Of a stretch of 64,000 nucleotides of DNA, positions 1 through 7,788 are shown piece by piece. The DNA is taken from NCBI RefSeq assembly GCF_024502345.1, contig NZ_JALDNN010000001.1; one strand, 5' to 3'. The position numbers were made by a program, and so were the translations under genes. The notes beneath the pieces were generated by a model. That model saw nothing but the letters and a program-made list of their open reading frames with translations. It was not told the DNA's origin and searched no databases. Numbering within the stretch: position 1 is the first letter of the stretch; each line of letters starts with the position of its first letter. Source of the DNA: Escherichia coli. Lineage in GTDB: Bacteria > Pseudomonadota > Gammaproteobacteria > Enterobacterales > Enterobacteriaceae.

Positions 1-281
1 GGCGTGTCTGCGGTTTTTCAACTATTCAGATACATCACTCCCATCACATTCATTCCTCCGCATCATAGGCATATAGGCTATATCACCTTGATATTTTTCT
101 TCTTCAGATAAAAACTGTTATCTATGTATACTTTTAAACCCAATCCGTGTAGAGTCTCTGCATAAGATAGTTTGCAGTTGCCACTTCAGCTTGCGCCATA
201 AACCGCCTGATTTTTGCCGCCACCTGGGTGATGCTGCCAACTTACTGATTTAGTGTATGATGGTGTTTTTGAGGTGCTCCA

Positions 282-557
282 GTGGCTTCTGTTTCTATCA
301 GCTGTCCCTCCTGTTCAGCTACTGACGGGGTGGTGCGTAACGGCAAAAGCACCGCCGGACATCAGCGCTATCTCTGCTCTCACTGCCGTAAAACATGGCA
401 ACTGCAGTTCACTTACACCGCTTCTCAACCCGGTACGCACCAGAAAATCATTGATATGGCCATGAATGGCGTTGGATGCCGGGCAACCGCCCGCATTATG
501 GGCGTTGGCCTCAACACGATTTTCCGCCATTTAAAAAACTCAGGCCGCAGTCGGTAA
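282..557 (+). CDS. insA: IS1 InsA
   Basis: 91-aa [27 protein letters not shown]..., recognised as IS1 InsA. Confidence 0.95.
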   Translation: MASVSISCPSCSATDGVVRNGKSTAGHQRYLCSHCRKTWQLQFTYTASQPGTHQKIIDMAMNGVGCRATARIMGVGLNTIFRHLKNSGRSR

Positions 558-979
558 CCTCGCGCATACAGCCGGGCAGTGACGTCATCGTCTGCGCGGA
601 AATGGACGAACAGTGGGGATACGTCGGGGCTAAATCGCGCCAGCGCTGGCTGTTTTACGCGTATGACAGGCTCCGGAAGACGGTTGTTGCGCACGTATTC
701 GGTGAACGCACTATGGCGACGCTGGGGCGTCTTATGAGCCTGCTGTCACCCTTTGACGTGGTGATATGGATGACGGATGGCTGGCCGCTGTATGAATCCC
801 GCCTGAAGGGAAAGCTGCACGTAATCAGCAAGCGATATACGCAGCGAATTGAGCGGCATAACCTGAATCTGAGGCAGCACCTGGCACGGCTGGGACGGAA
901 GTCGCTGTCGTTCTCAAAATCGGTGGAGCTGCATGACAAAGTCATCGGGCATTATCTGAACATAAAACACTATCAATAA
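476..979 (+). CDS. insB: IS1 InsB (expressed as InsAB' by frameshift)
   Basis: 167-aa ORF overlapping insA in the -1 frame, typical IS1 arrangement. Confidence 0.9.
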   Translation: MPGNRPHYGRWPQHDFPPFKKLRPQSVTSRIQPGSDVIVCAEMDEQWGYVGAKSRQRWLFYAYDRLRKTVVAHVFGERTMATLGRLMSLLSPFDVVIWMTDGWPLYESRLKGKLHVISKRYTQRIERHNLNLRQHLARLGRKSLSFSKSVELHDKVIGHYLNIKHYQ

Positions 980-994
980 GTTGGAGTCATTACC

Positions 995-1092
995 TAAGTC
1001 AGGTATAAATATAAGTGACATTGCCCAAGAATTCAAAACCTCGCGGCAAACCATTTTAAGAGCTAAAGCAAAAAATCAGACACCTGATATAT
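995..1092 (+). pseudogene. C-terminal HTH fragment of a recombinase/DNA-binding protein truncated by IS1
   Basis: Open frame running straight out of the IS1 right end: ...[31 protein letters not shown]. Resembles the C-terminal HTH of serine recombinases; no start codon of its own. Confidence 0.3.
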
Positions 1093-1191
1093 AAAAATAA
1101 TCTCGGTGTGAGATTCCTTACGTTTTCCAAGCCCCCCTTCCTAGCCTTAAATGGAAAGATACTTCTAATTATAGAATTTATATATCTTACC

Positions 1192-1359
1192 CTACGGTAG
1201 GGCTGGCCATTCAATATCCGGTGCAGTTGATGTATCAACACGGTTCAGCAACACCCGATACTTTTTCCAGGCTTCCAGCAACAAGGTTTCTTCCTCCGTT
1301 GCGATCTCCAGATCCACAGCATCCTGAAGCGGCGCTATATGCTCACTGGCTACCTGCAT
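1192..1359 (-). CDS. Hypothetical small acidic protein (55 aa), divergent from the CI-like gene
   Basis: [58 protein letters not shown]; below the 60-aa cutoff of the ORF track; sits in the cro position but shows no obvious HTH. Confidence 0.3.
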   Translation of the reverse strand: MQVASEHIAPLQDAVDLEIATEEETLLLEAWKKYRVLLNRVDTSTAPDIEWPALP

Positions 1360-1439
1360 CAGGCTGTTTTTTGTTTCTTCCGCCTACCTGTAATACTGAT
1401 TGCGAGTTGAATGGTTTGATTTGTCATTATCAATTCCTA

Positions 1440-1537
1440 TTGGTATTGCAATGAATGAATAATAGCAATGCGTATTAATCCAAGCAATAGCAAAACGTGT
1501 TTTGACCATCAATACGCAAGCGTATAAATTAAAACTT
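1440..1537. promoter_or_regulatory. Operator/promoter region upstream of the CI-like gene
   Basis: AATAGCAAT at 1461-1469 and AATAGCAA at 1486-1493; palindromes ATTGCAAT (1445-1452) and ATACGC-AA-GCGTAT (1512-1525); TTGACC (1502-1507) followed by an AT-rich -10-like stretch ending ~9 nt before the ATG at 1538, suggesting a leaderless or near-leaderless transcript. Confidence 0.45.
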
Positions 1538-2230
1538 ATGAAAAAAGAAACTCTTGCTGATCGCTTAAACCTAGCGATGGAACAATCTGGAATGTCTCAA
1601 GGCGCTCTTGCAAAGGCGTCTGGCGTAGCTCAACCCACAATCTGGAGACTGACAAGCGGCAACGCTCGCGGCTCAACAAAAATTGTTGAAATAGCTAATG
1701 CATTGGGTGTTCGAACAGAATGGCTCTCATCAGGCATAGGCCCGATGAGAAATGACGGTCAACAATCAGGGAAGCCTGCTGTCAGCCATTCAAAATACTT
1801 CAAGATTGACGTTCTTGATATAGAAGTGAGTGCCGGGCCGGGAGTCATCAACCGTGAGTTTGTAGAAGTTCTACGCTCGGTTGAGTACTCGTTTGACGAT
1901 GCTCGTCACATGTTCGATGGTAGGAAGGCAGAAAATATCCGCATCATTAACGTACGCGGTGACAGCATGTCAGGAACGATCGAACCAGGTGATCTGCTGT
2001 TCGTTGATATCACGGTTAAATCTTTCGACGGTGATGGTATCTATGCGTTTCTGTATGACGACACCGCCCATGTAAAGCGCCTGCAAATGATGAAGGATAA
2101 GCTACTGGTTATCTCTGATAACAAGAGCTACTCACCGTGGGACCCGATCGAGAAAGACGAGATGAACCGGGTATTCATATTCGGTAAGGTTATTGGGAGC
2201 ATGCCGCAGACGTACAGAAAACACGGATAA
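1538..2230 (+). CDS. CI/LexA-type phage repressor (N-terminal XRE HTH, C-terminal S24 autopeptidase)
   Basis: 230 aa from MKKETLADRLNLAMEQSGMSQGALAKASGVAQPTIWRL (HTH) to ...NVRGDSMSGTIEPGDLLFVDI...AHVKRL (S24 Ser in GDSM and Lys in VKRL). The ORF track offers an upstream ATG at 1502, but that lies inside the promoter-like region. Confidence 0.85.
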   Translation: MKKETLADRLNLAMEQSGMSQGALAKASGVAQPTIWRLTSGNARGSTKIVEIANALGVRTEWLSSGIGPMRNDGQQSGKPAVSHSKYFKIDVLDIEVSAGPGVINREFVEVLRSVEYSFDDARHMFDGRKAENIRIINVRGDSMSGTIEPGDLLFVDITVKSFDGDGIYAFLYDDTAHVKRLQMMKDKLLVISDNKSYSPWDPIEKDEMNRVFIFGKVIGSMPQTYRKHG

Positions 2231-2312
2231 TCAGCCGCGTGTTGATGAGGCTTTTGGGTAATACGCTGAAGAAAATACCTTATAAAAAATAACATTACGG
2301 GAAAGGCAAAAA

Positions 2313-2576
2313 ATGAGTAATAAAACACTTGTTAAAAAATCAAATAACTGTGTCGATGCATACGCCGACGCGTTTGGCTACTCTTCGTTTGGTGACGGCT
2401 CTCAGCGCCTAGGTTCAATTTCTTTTTTTCATAATGTAACTGAATGGCCTGTTGATGAAAGTGACGATGTTGAGAACATAAAGTACAACATTGCAACCAT
2501 TAGAATGCCCGAAGAATTGATGCTTAAATTGGCTGACTTCATTCGCGACCAGCATGACAAAGCTAAAACAAACTAA
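2313..2576 (+). CDS. Hypothetical protein (87 aa), prophage cargo gene
   Basis: ORF with GGAAAGG ribosome-binding site 7 nt upstream; AT-rich compared with neighbours; no family recognised. Confidence 0.5.
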   Translation: MSNKTLVKKSNNCVDAYADAFGYSSFGDGSQRLGSISFFHNVTEWPVDESDDVENIKYNIATIRMPEELMLKLADFIRDQHDKAKTN

Positions 2577-2588
2577 TCGTAATTAATT

Positions 2589-3032
2589 ATGAAACACGAT
2601 TATTACGAAGCTCCAAACCTAAATGATAAAATTGCAAAGGCGGCAAAATCATTTTGTTTGCACTCCAGTGCGTCTTCCCAGCTAGCAGGTATATCTGGAA
2701 AAAGATGGGACATGCTACAATCAAGTGGTAGCAGTGGGTCTGGGAGTGATAACATGCCTGAAAAAGTTGCAAAACTGGAGTCCGATGTTGCTCATATCAA
2801 ACGAGACGTTGATGAACTTAAAACAGACGTTAAAGCTATCGACAAAAATATGATAACTATTCTTGCACGTCTGGACTCTATAAAAGAATCCTTAACAAAC
2901 AAGCCATCAAGTGATGCTGTCGATAGAAAGATTTCAGACGCAAAGCTTGCGGTATTGCTTGGTGTTCCAGCAATCATCGCTGCAGGAACAGGACTTTATA
3001 AGCTATCAATGTACTTTTTCTTTAGTGCTTAA
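2589..3032 (+). CDS. XhlA-like coiled-coil protein with C-terminal transmembrane helix
   Basis: C-terminal 92 aa MPEKVAKLESDVAHIKRDVDELKTDVKAIDKNMITILARLDSIKESL...AKLAVLLGVPAIIAAGTGLYKL: heptad-like coiled coil plus one hydrophobic helix, resembling phage hemolysin XhlA. The ATG at 2589 has no ribosome-binding site; the ATG at 2754 has GGGAG 7 nt upstream and may be the true start. Confidence 0.5.
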   Translation: MKHDYYEAPNLNDKIAKAAKSFCLHSSASSQLAGISGKRWDMLQSSGSSGSGSDNMPEKVAKLESDVAHIKRDVDELKTDVKAIDKNMITILARLDSIKESLTNKPSSDAVDRKISDAKLAVLLGVPAIIAAGTGLYKLSMYFFFSA

Positions 3033-3106
3033 GAAAATGCTCGCACCCTTGCATTAGGTAAAGCGATTTTTCATTCCCCATTACCCTCGCTCTTAACCAA
3101 TCATCT

Positions 3107-3136
3107 AAACCCGGCCACCGTGCCGGGTTTTCTTTT
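3107..3136 (+). terminator. Rho-independent terminator after the CI/cargo operon
   Basis: aaaCCCGGC-caccgt-GCCGGGttttctttt: GC stem, 6-nt loop and T-run, just downstream of the 3032 stop. Confidence 0.6.
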
Positions 3137-3261
3137 GCCCTCCCCTCATCACACACCGTTCAAAAAACCACCACGACCTCACTTCAGTTATCGCTATGCG
3201 ATGCAAGTCACAAAATTAATTCTTTTTGCTATCAAACATTTAATATCAAAACACATCAACT

Positions 3262-3308
3262 AATAGCAATAAGTATTGATATCACCAATAGCAATAGCTA
3301 TTATCACC
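3262..3308 (+). promoter_or_regulatory. Second operator set with pL-like promoter
   Basis: AATAGCAAT at 3262-3270; palindrome AATAGC-AATA-GCTATT at 3287-3302; TATCACC direct repeats at 3280-3286 and 3302-3308; TTGATA (3276-3281), 17-nt spacer, TATTAT (3299-3304) on the + strand. Confidence 0.4.
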
Positions 3309-3497
3309 ATATCGCAACAACACAACGATACGGCAACCACCTGATTCACCGTTGCGATGACCGCTTAGATCCGCAGCTTGAATTTCAGCAGGCTTCGGGG
3401 AGTGCGAGGGATGAAACGGACGCGTGAACGTCGGTGTGACCAGCTGAAATCAACTCAACATTTCATACCTTAGTCGCTTCAACGAGGCGGCTTAGTT

Positions 3498-3788
3498 ATG
3501 ACAACCGGCGGCCATCCACCGCCTGAATACGCGCAGAAGTCTTTATATGTTCAGCAGCCCAGCTTACGGGCAGGAGTTTTTATGGTTCATCAACATTACG
3601 GAACGCAGACCGTTAATCGCGGTGCGGTCATGCCAGGAATGCTGGTCAAACGCAAAGATGGTACCTGGACTGCATCAGCTAATTTACGCGGACGACTTTA
3701 TCTGCATCGCGGCATTGAGCGCACTTATACCCGTGACTTGCTCGTGGAAGTTTTTCTCGACGGACGCGGCAACGGTCTGAATCACTAA
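3498..3788 (+). CDS. Hypothetical prophage protein (96 aa)
   Basis: ORF with GAGG about 10 nt upstream; no family recognised; an internal start MVHQHYG at 3582 is also possible. Confidence 0.35.
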   Translation: MTTGGHPPPEYAQKSLYVQQPSLRAGVFMVHQHYGTQTVNRGAVMPGMLVKRKDGTWTASANLRGRLYLHRGIERTYTRDLLVEVFLDGRGNGLNH

Positions 3789-3863
3789 TCCCCTTTCCTG
3801 TTTTCCGAATCAGCCTGGCATTCCGCGGGCGATTTTTTCACAGCCATTTTCAGGAGTTCAGCC

Positions 3864-4148
3864 ATGAACGCTTATTACATTCAGGATCGTCTTGAGGCTC
3901 AGAGCTGGGCGCGTCACTACCAGCAGATCGCCCGTGAAGAGAAAGAGGCAGAACTGGCAGACGACATGGAAAAAGGCCTGCCCCAGCACCTGTTTGAATC
4001 GCTATGCATCGATCATTTGCAACGCCACGGGGCCAGCAAAAAAGCCATTAGGCGCGATCACTTTCATCTACTCCGTTACAAAGCGAGGCTGGGTATTTCC
4101 CGGCCTTTCTGTTATCAGAAATCCACTGAAAGCACAGCGGCTGGCTGA
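3864..4148 (+). CDS. Hypothetical prophage protein (94 aa)
   Basis: [31 protein letters not shown]... with AGGAG 9 nt upstream. Confidence 0.5.
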   Translation: MNAYYIQDRLEAQSWARHYQQIAREEKEAELADDMEKGLPQHLFESLCIDHLQRHGASKKAIRRDHFHLLRYKARLGISRPFCYQKSTESTAAG

Positions 4149-4175
4149 GAAGATAAATAATAAACGGGAGGCGGT

Positions 4176-4367
4176 ATGCACAAAGCATCTCCTGTTGAGT
4201 TAAGAACGAGTATTGAGATGGCACATAGCCTTGCTCAAATTGGAGTCAGGTTTGTGCCAATACCAGTAGAAACAGACGAAGAATTTCATACGTTAGCCAC
4301 ATCCCTTTCACAAAAGCTGGAAATGATGGTGGCGAAAGCAGAAGCAGATGAGAGAGACCAGGTATGA
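4176..4367 (+). CDS. Hypothetical prophage protein (63 aa)
   Basis: ORF MHKASPVELRTSIEMAHSLAQIGVRFVPIPVETDEEF... with GGGAGG 5 nt upstream. Confidence 0.5.
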   Translation: MHKASPVELRTSIEMAHSLAQIGVRFVPIPVETDEEFHTLATSLSQKLEMMVAKAEADERDQV

Positions 4368-4377
4368 CAACCACTGA

Positions 4378-4656
4378 ATGCATTTTTCTGGCAGCGGGCT
4401 TCATATTCTGTGTGCTTATGCTTTCCGTTTCCATGACCTCAGACACACCTGGGCAAGCTGGCTGATTCAGTCAGGCGTCCCATTATCAGTGCTTCAGGAA
4501 ATGGGCGGATGGGAGTCCATAGAAATGGTTCGTAGGTATGCTCACCTTGCGCCTAATCATTTGACAGAGCATGCGAGGAAAATAGACGACATTTTTGGTG
4601 ATAATGTCCCAAATATGTCCCACTCTGGAATTATGGAGGATATAAAGAAGGCGTAA
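4378..4656 (+). pseudogene. Tyrosine integrase, C-terminal fragment only
   Basis: ...[46 protein letters not shown]... carries the integrase catalytic box (HxLRHT, trailing Y) but only ~80 aa remain; ends 16 bp from the 3' end of argU, the expected attachment site. Confidence 0.8.
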
Positions 4657-4671
4657 CTGATTGAATTGTAA

Positions 4672-4748
4672 TGGCGCGCCCTGCAGGATTCGAACCTGCG
4701 GCCCACGACTTAGAAGGTCGTTGCTCTATCCAACTGAGCTAAGGGCGC
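4672..4748 (-). tRNA. argU: tRNA-Arg (anticodon UCU)
   Basis: Reverse complement reads GCGCCCTTAGCTCAGTTGGATAGAGCAACGACCTTCTAAGTCGTGGGCCGCAGGTTCGAATCCTGCAGGGCGCGCCA (77 nt, anticodon TCT, CCA end). Confidence 0.95.
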
Positions 4749-4990
4749 GTTGATACCGCAATGCGGTGTAATCGCGTGAATTATACGGTCAACCCTTGCT
4801 GAGTCAATGGCTTTTGATCTGGTTGCTGAACAAGTGAACGACCGCGTCTGATTTTCTGATTTATTTCGCTATAGCGGCAAACAAACACACACCGCTGCGC
4901 GTCTGAATCAAGAAAACCCGTATTTTCATGTATCAAAGTACAATTTACCGCCCTAACGGAAAATTGTCCGCTCCTATGAGACTGGTAACT

Positions 4991-5623
4991 ATGAAACCAA
5001 CGTCGGTGATCATTATGGATACTCATCCTATCATCAGAATGTCTATTGAAGTTCTGTTGCAAAAAAACAGTGAATTGCAGATTGTCCTGAAAACGGATGA
5101 TTACCGCATAACCATCGATTATCTCCGAACCCGTCCTGTTGATTTAATCATTATGGATATAGACTTGCCCGGAACAGACGGTTTTACCTTCCTGAAAAGG
5201 ATCAAACAAATCCAGAGCACAGTGAAAGTGTTATTTTTATCATCGAAATCAGAATGCTTTTATGCTGGCAGAGCGATACAAGCTGGTGCTAACGGTTTTG
5301 TCAGTAAATGCAATGATCAGAATAATATTTTTCATGCCGTTCAGATGATCCTCTCCGGATACACGTTTTTTCCCAGCGAAACGCTTAACTATATAAAAAG
5401 CAATAAATGTAGTACGAATAGTTCAACGGTCACTGTGCTATCTAATCGTGAAGTGACCATATTACGTTATCTGGTTAGCGGATTATCTAATAAAGAAATT
5501 GCCGATAAGTTATTACTTAGCAATAAAACAGTTAGTGCGCATAAATCTAATATTTATGGCAAGCTAGGTTTGCATTCAATTGTAGAGCTTATCGACTACG
5601 CCAAATTATACGAATTAATATAA
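4991..5623 (+). CDS. fimZ: Fimbrial response regulator FimZ (LuxR-type)
   Basis: 210 aa from MKPTSVIIMDTHPIIRMSIEVLL...; receiver domain plus C-terminal LuxR HTH. The ORF track's upstream start at 4928 is probably an overcall. Confidence 0.9.
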   Translation: MKPTSVIIMDTHPIIRMSIEVLLQKNSELQIVLKTDDYRITIDYLRTRPVDLIIMDIDLPGTDGFTFLKRIKQIQSTVKVLFLSSKSECFYAGRAIQAGANGFVSKCNDQNNIFHAVQMILSGYTFFPSETLNYIKSNKCSTNSSTVTVLSNREVTILRYLVSGLSNKEIADKLLLSNKTVSAHKSNIYGKLGLHSIVELIDYAKLYELI

Positions 5624-5720
5624 TATTAATTATAATTGATCATAAATATCGCATCCGCTTTCGCCGGTGATGCTGCCAACTTACTGATTTAGTGTATGAT
5701 GGTGTTTTTGAGGTGCTCCA

Positions 5721-5996
5721 GTGGCTTCTGTTTCTATCAGCTGTCCCTCCTGTTCAGCTACTGACGGGGTGGTGCGTAACGGCAAAAGCACCGCCGGACA
5801 TCAGCGCTATCTCTGCTCTCACTGCCGTAAAACATGGCAACTGCAGTTCACTTACACCGCTTCTCAACCCGGTACGCACCAGAAAATCATTGATATGGCC
5901 ATGAATGGCGTTGGATGCCGGGCAACCGCCCGCATTATGGGCGTTGGCCTCAACACGATTTTCCGCCATTTAAAAAACTCAGGCCGCAGTCGGTAA
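5721..5996 (+). CDS. insA: IS1 InsA
   Basis: Protein identical to copy 1 InsA. Confidence 0.95.
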   Translation: MASVSISCPSCSATDGVVRNGKSTAGHQRYLCSHCRKTWQLQFTYTASQPGTHQKIIDMAMNGVGCRATARIMGVGLNTIFRHLKNSGRSR

Positions 5997-6418
5997 CCTC
6001 GCGCATACAGCCGGGCAGTGACGTCATCGTCTGCGCGGAAATGGACGAACAGTGGGGATACGTCGGGGCTAAATCGCGCCAGCGCTGGCTGTTTTACGCG
6101 TATGACAGGCTCCGGAAGACGGTTGTTGCGCACGTATTCGGTGAACGCACTATGGCGACGCTGGGGCGTCTTATGAGCCTGCTGTCACCCTTTGACGTGG
6201 TGATATGGATGACGGATGGCTGGCCGCTGTATGAATCCCGCCTGAAGGGAAAGCTGCACGTAATCAGCAAGCGATATACGCAGCGAATTGAGCGGCATAA
6301 CCTGAATCTGAGGCAGCACCTGGCACGGCTGGGACGGAAGTCGCTGTCGTTCTCAAAATCGGTGGAGCTGCATGACAAAGTCATCGGGCATTATCTGAAC
6401 ATAAAACACTATCAATAA
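5915..6418 (+). CDS. insB: IS1 InsB
   Basis: Protein identical to copy 1 InsB. Confidence 0.9.
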
Positions 6419-6600
6419 GTTGGAGTCATTACCCGAAAAATGAAGCTTTCAATCTCAGCGACCTCAGCGACGGTGCGCCTCACCTTCGCAAGAGGTCGCT
6501 TCACGCGATAAATCTGAAACGAAACCTGACAGCGTGCCCCGCTTCTGACAAAATAGGCGCATCCCCTTCGACCTACGTAACAGATGGAATCCTCTCTCTG

Positions 6601-7467
6601 ATGGCAGCAAAGATTATTGACGGTAAAACGATTGCGCAGCAGGTGCGCTCTGAAGTTGCTCAAAAAGTTCAGGCGCGTATTGCAGCCGGACTGCGGGCAC
6701 CAGGACTGGCCGTTGTGCTGGTGGGTAGTAACCCTGCATCGCAAATTTATGTCGCAAGCAAACGCAAGGCTTGTGAAGAAGTCGGGTTCGTCTCCCGCTC
6801 TTATGACCTCCCGGAAACCACCAGCGAAGCGGAGCTGTTGGAGCTTATCGATGCGCTGAATGCCGACAACACCATCGATGGCATTCTGGTTCAACTGCCG
6901 TTACCGGCGGGTATTGATAACGTCAAAGTGCTGGAACGTATTCATCCGGACAAAGACGTGGACGGTTTCCATCCTTATAACGTCGGTCGTCTGTGCCAGC
7001 GCGCGCCGCGTCTGCGTCCCTGCACCCCGCGCGGTATCGTCACGCTGCTTGAGCGTTACAACATTGATACCTTCGGCCTCAACGCCGTGGTGATTGGCGC
7101 ATCGAATATCGTCGGTCGTCCAATGAGCATGGAACTGTTGCTCGCAGGTTGCACCACTACCGTGACTCACCGTTTCACTAAAAATCTGCGTCACCACGTA
7201 GAAAATGCCGATCTGTTGATCGTTGCCGTCGGCAAGCCGGGCTTTATTCCTGGTGACTGGATCAAAGAAGGCGCAATTGTGATTGATGTCGGCATCAACC
7301 GTCTGGAAAATGGCAAAGTTGTGGGCGACGTCGTGTTTGAAGACGCGGCTAAACGCGCCTCATACATTACGCCTGTTCCGGGCGGCGTTGGCCCGATGAC
7401 GGTTGCCACGCTGATTGAAAACACGCTTCAGGCGTGCGTTGAATATCATGATCCACAGGGTGAGTAA
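6601..7467 (+). CDS. folD: Methylenetetrahydrofolate dehydrogenase/cyclohydrolase
   Basis: 288 aa, [23 protein letters not shown]... Confidence 0.95.
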
Positions 7468-7468
7468 C

Positions 7469-7681
7469 ATGGCGACATTTTCTTTAGGTAAACATCCGCA
7501 CGTTGAGCTGTGCGATTTGCTGAAACTGGAAGGCTGGAGCGAAAGCGGCGCGCAGGCGAAAATCGCGATTGCCGAAGGCCAGGTGAAAGTCGACGGTGCG
7601 GTTGAAACGCGCAAACGCTGCAAAATCGTCGCCGGTCAGACAGTGAGTTTTGCAGGTCACAGCGTACAGGTTGTTGCCTGA
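7469..7681 (+). CDS. ybcJ: S4-like RNA-binding protein YbcJ
   Basis: 70 aa, MATFSLGKHPHVELCDLLKLEGW...; start 2 nt after the folD stop. Confidence 0.85.
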   Translation: MATFSLGKHPHVELCDLLKLEGWSESGAQAKIAIAEGQVKVDGAVETRKRCKIVAGQTVSFAGHSVQVVA

Positions 7682-7788
7682 TCCCTTTCCCGGCCTGTAT
7701 CAACAGGCCGGTTCTCTTTTCAGACTTTTGCCCTCTACGCCCCGTTCATCCATGCTGATAGCATCGACATTTTGCCGAAGTGACCATC

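Larger units (their letters stand above)
227..994 (+). mobile_element. IS1 insertion sequence, copy 1 (768 bp)
   Basis: Starts GGTGATGCTGCCAACTTACTGAT and ends AAGTTGGAGTCATTACC, the IS1 terminal inverted repeats; contains insA and insB. Flanking 9-mers differ (cgccacctg vs taagtcagg), so no target-site duplication. Confidence 0.95.
5666..6433 (+). mobile_element. IS1 insertion sequence, copy 2 (768 bp)
   Basis: Same inverted-repeat termini and same orientation as copy 1; flanking 9-mers (gctttcgcc vs cgaaaaatg) differ, so no target-site duplication. Confidence 0.95.

Noticed and set aside
1221-1454. 77-aa + strand ORF ([15 protein letters not shown]...).
   Set aside because: Proline/leucine-rich low-complexity translation running antisense to the small minus-strand ORF and into the operator region; not protein-like.
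3088-3136. CGCTCTTAA at 3088-3096 matches the lambda boxA sequence and is followed 13 nt later by a hairpin, resembling a nut site.
   Set aside because: The hairpin has a pyrimidine-containing 6-nt loop and a T-run, so it reads as a terminator rather than boxB, and it lies upstream of the pL-like promoter rather than downstream. Treated as the operon terminator; the boxA match is probably coincidental.
5641-5665. Left flank of IS1 copy 2 (aaatatcgcatccgctttcgcc) resembles the glxK terminator region at 21116-21140.
   Set aside because: Only ~15 bp of similarity built from a common GCATCCGC hairpin core; too short to indicate a rearrangement between the loci.
6412-6894. 160-aa minus-strand ORF spanning the IS1/folD junction.
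   Set aside because: Overlaps the folD start region antisense, with no ribosome-binding site; folD is the real gene.
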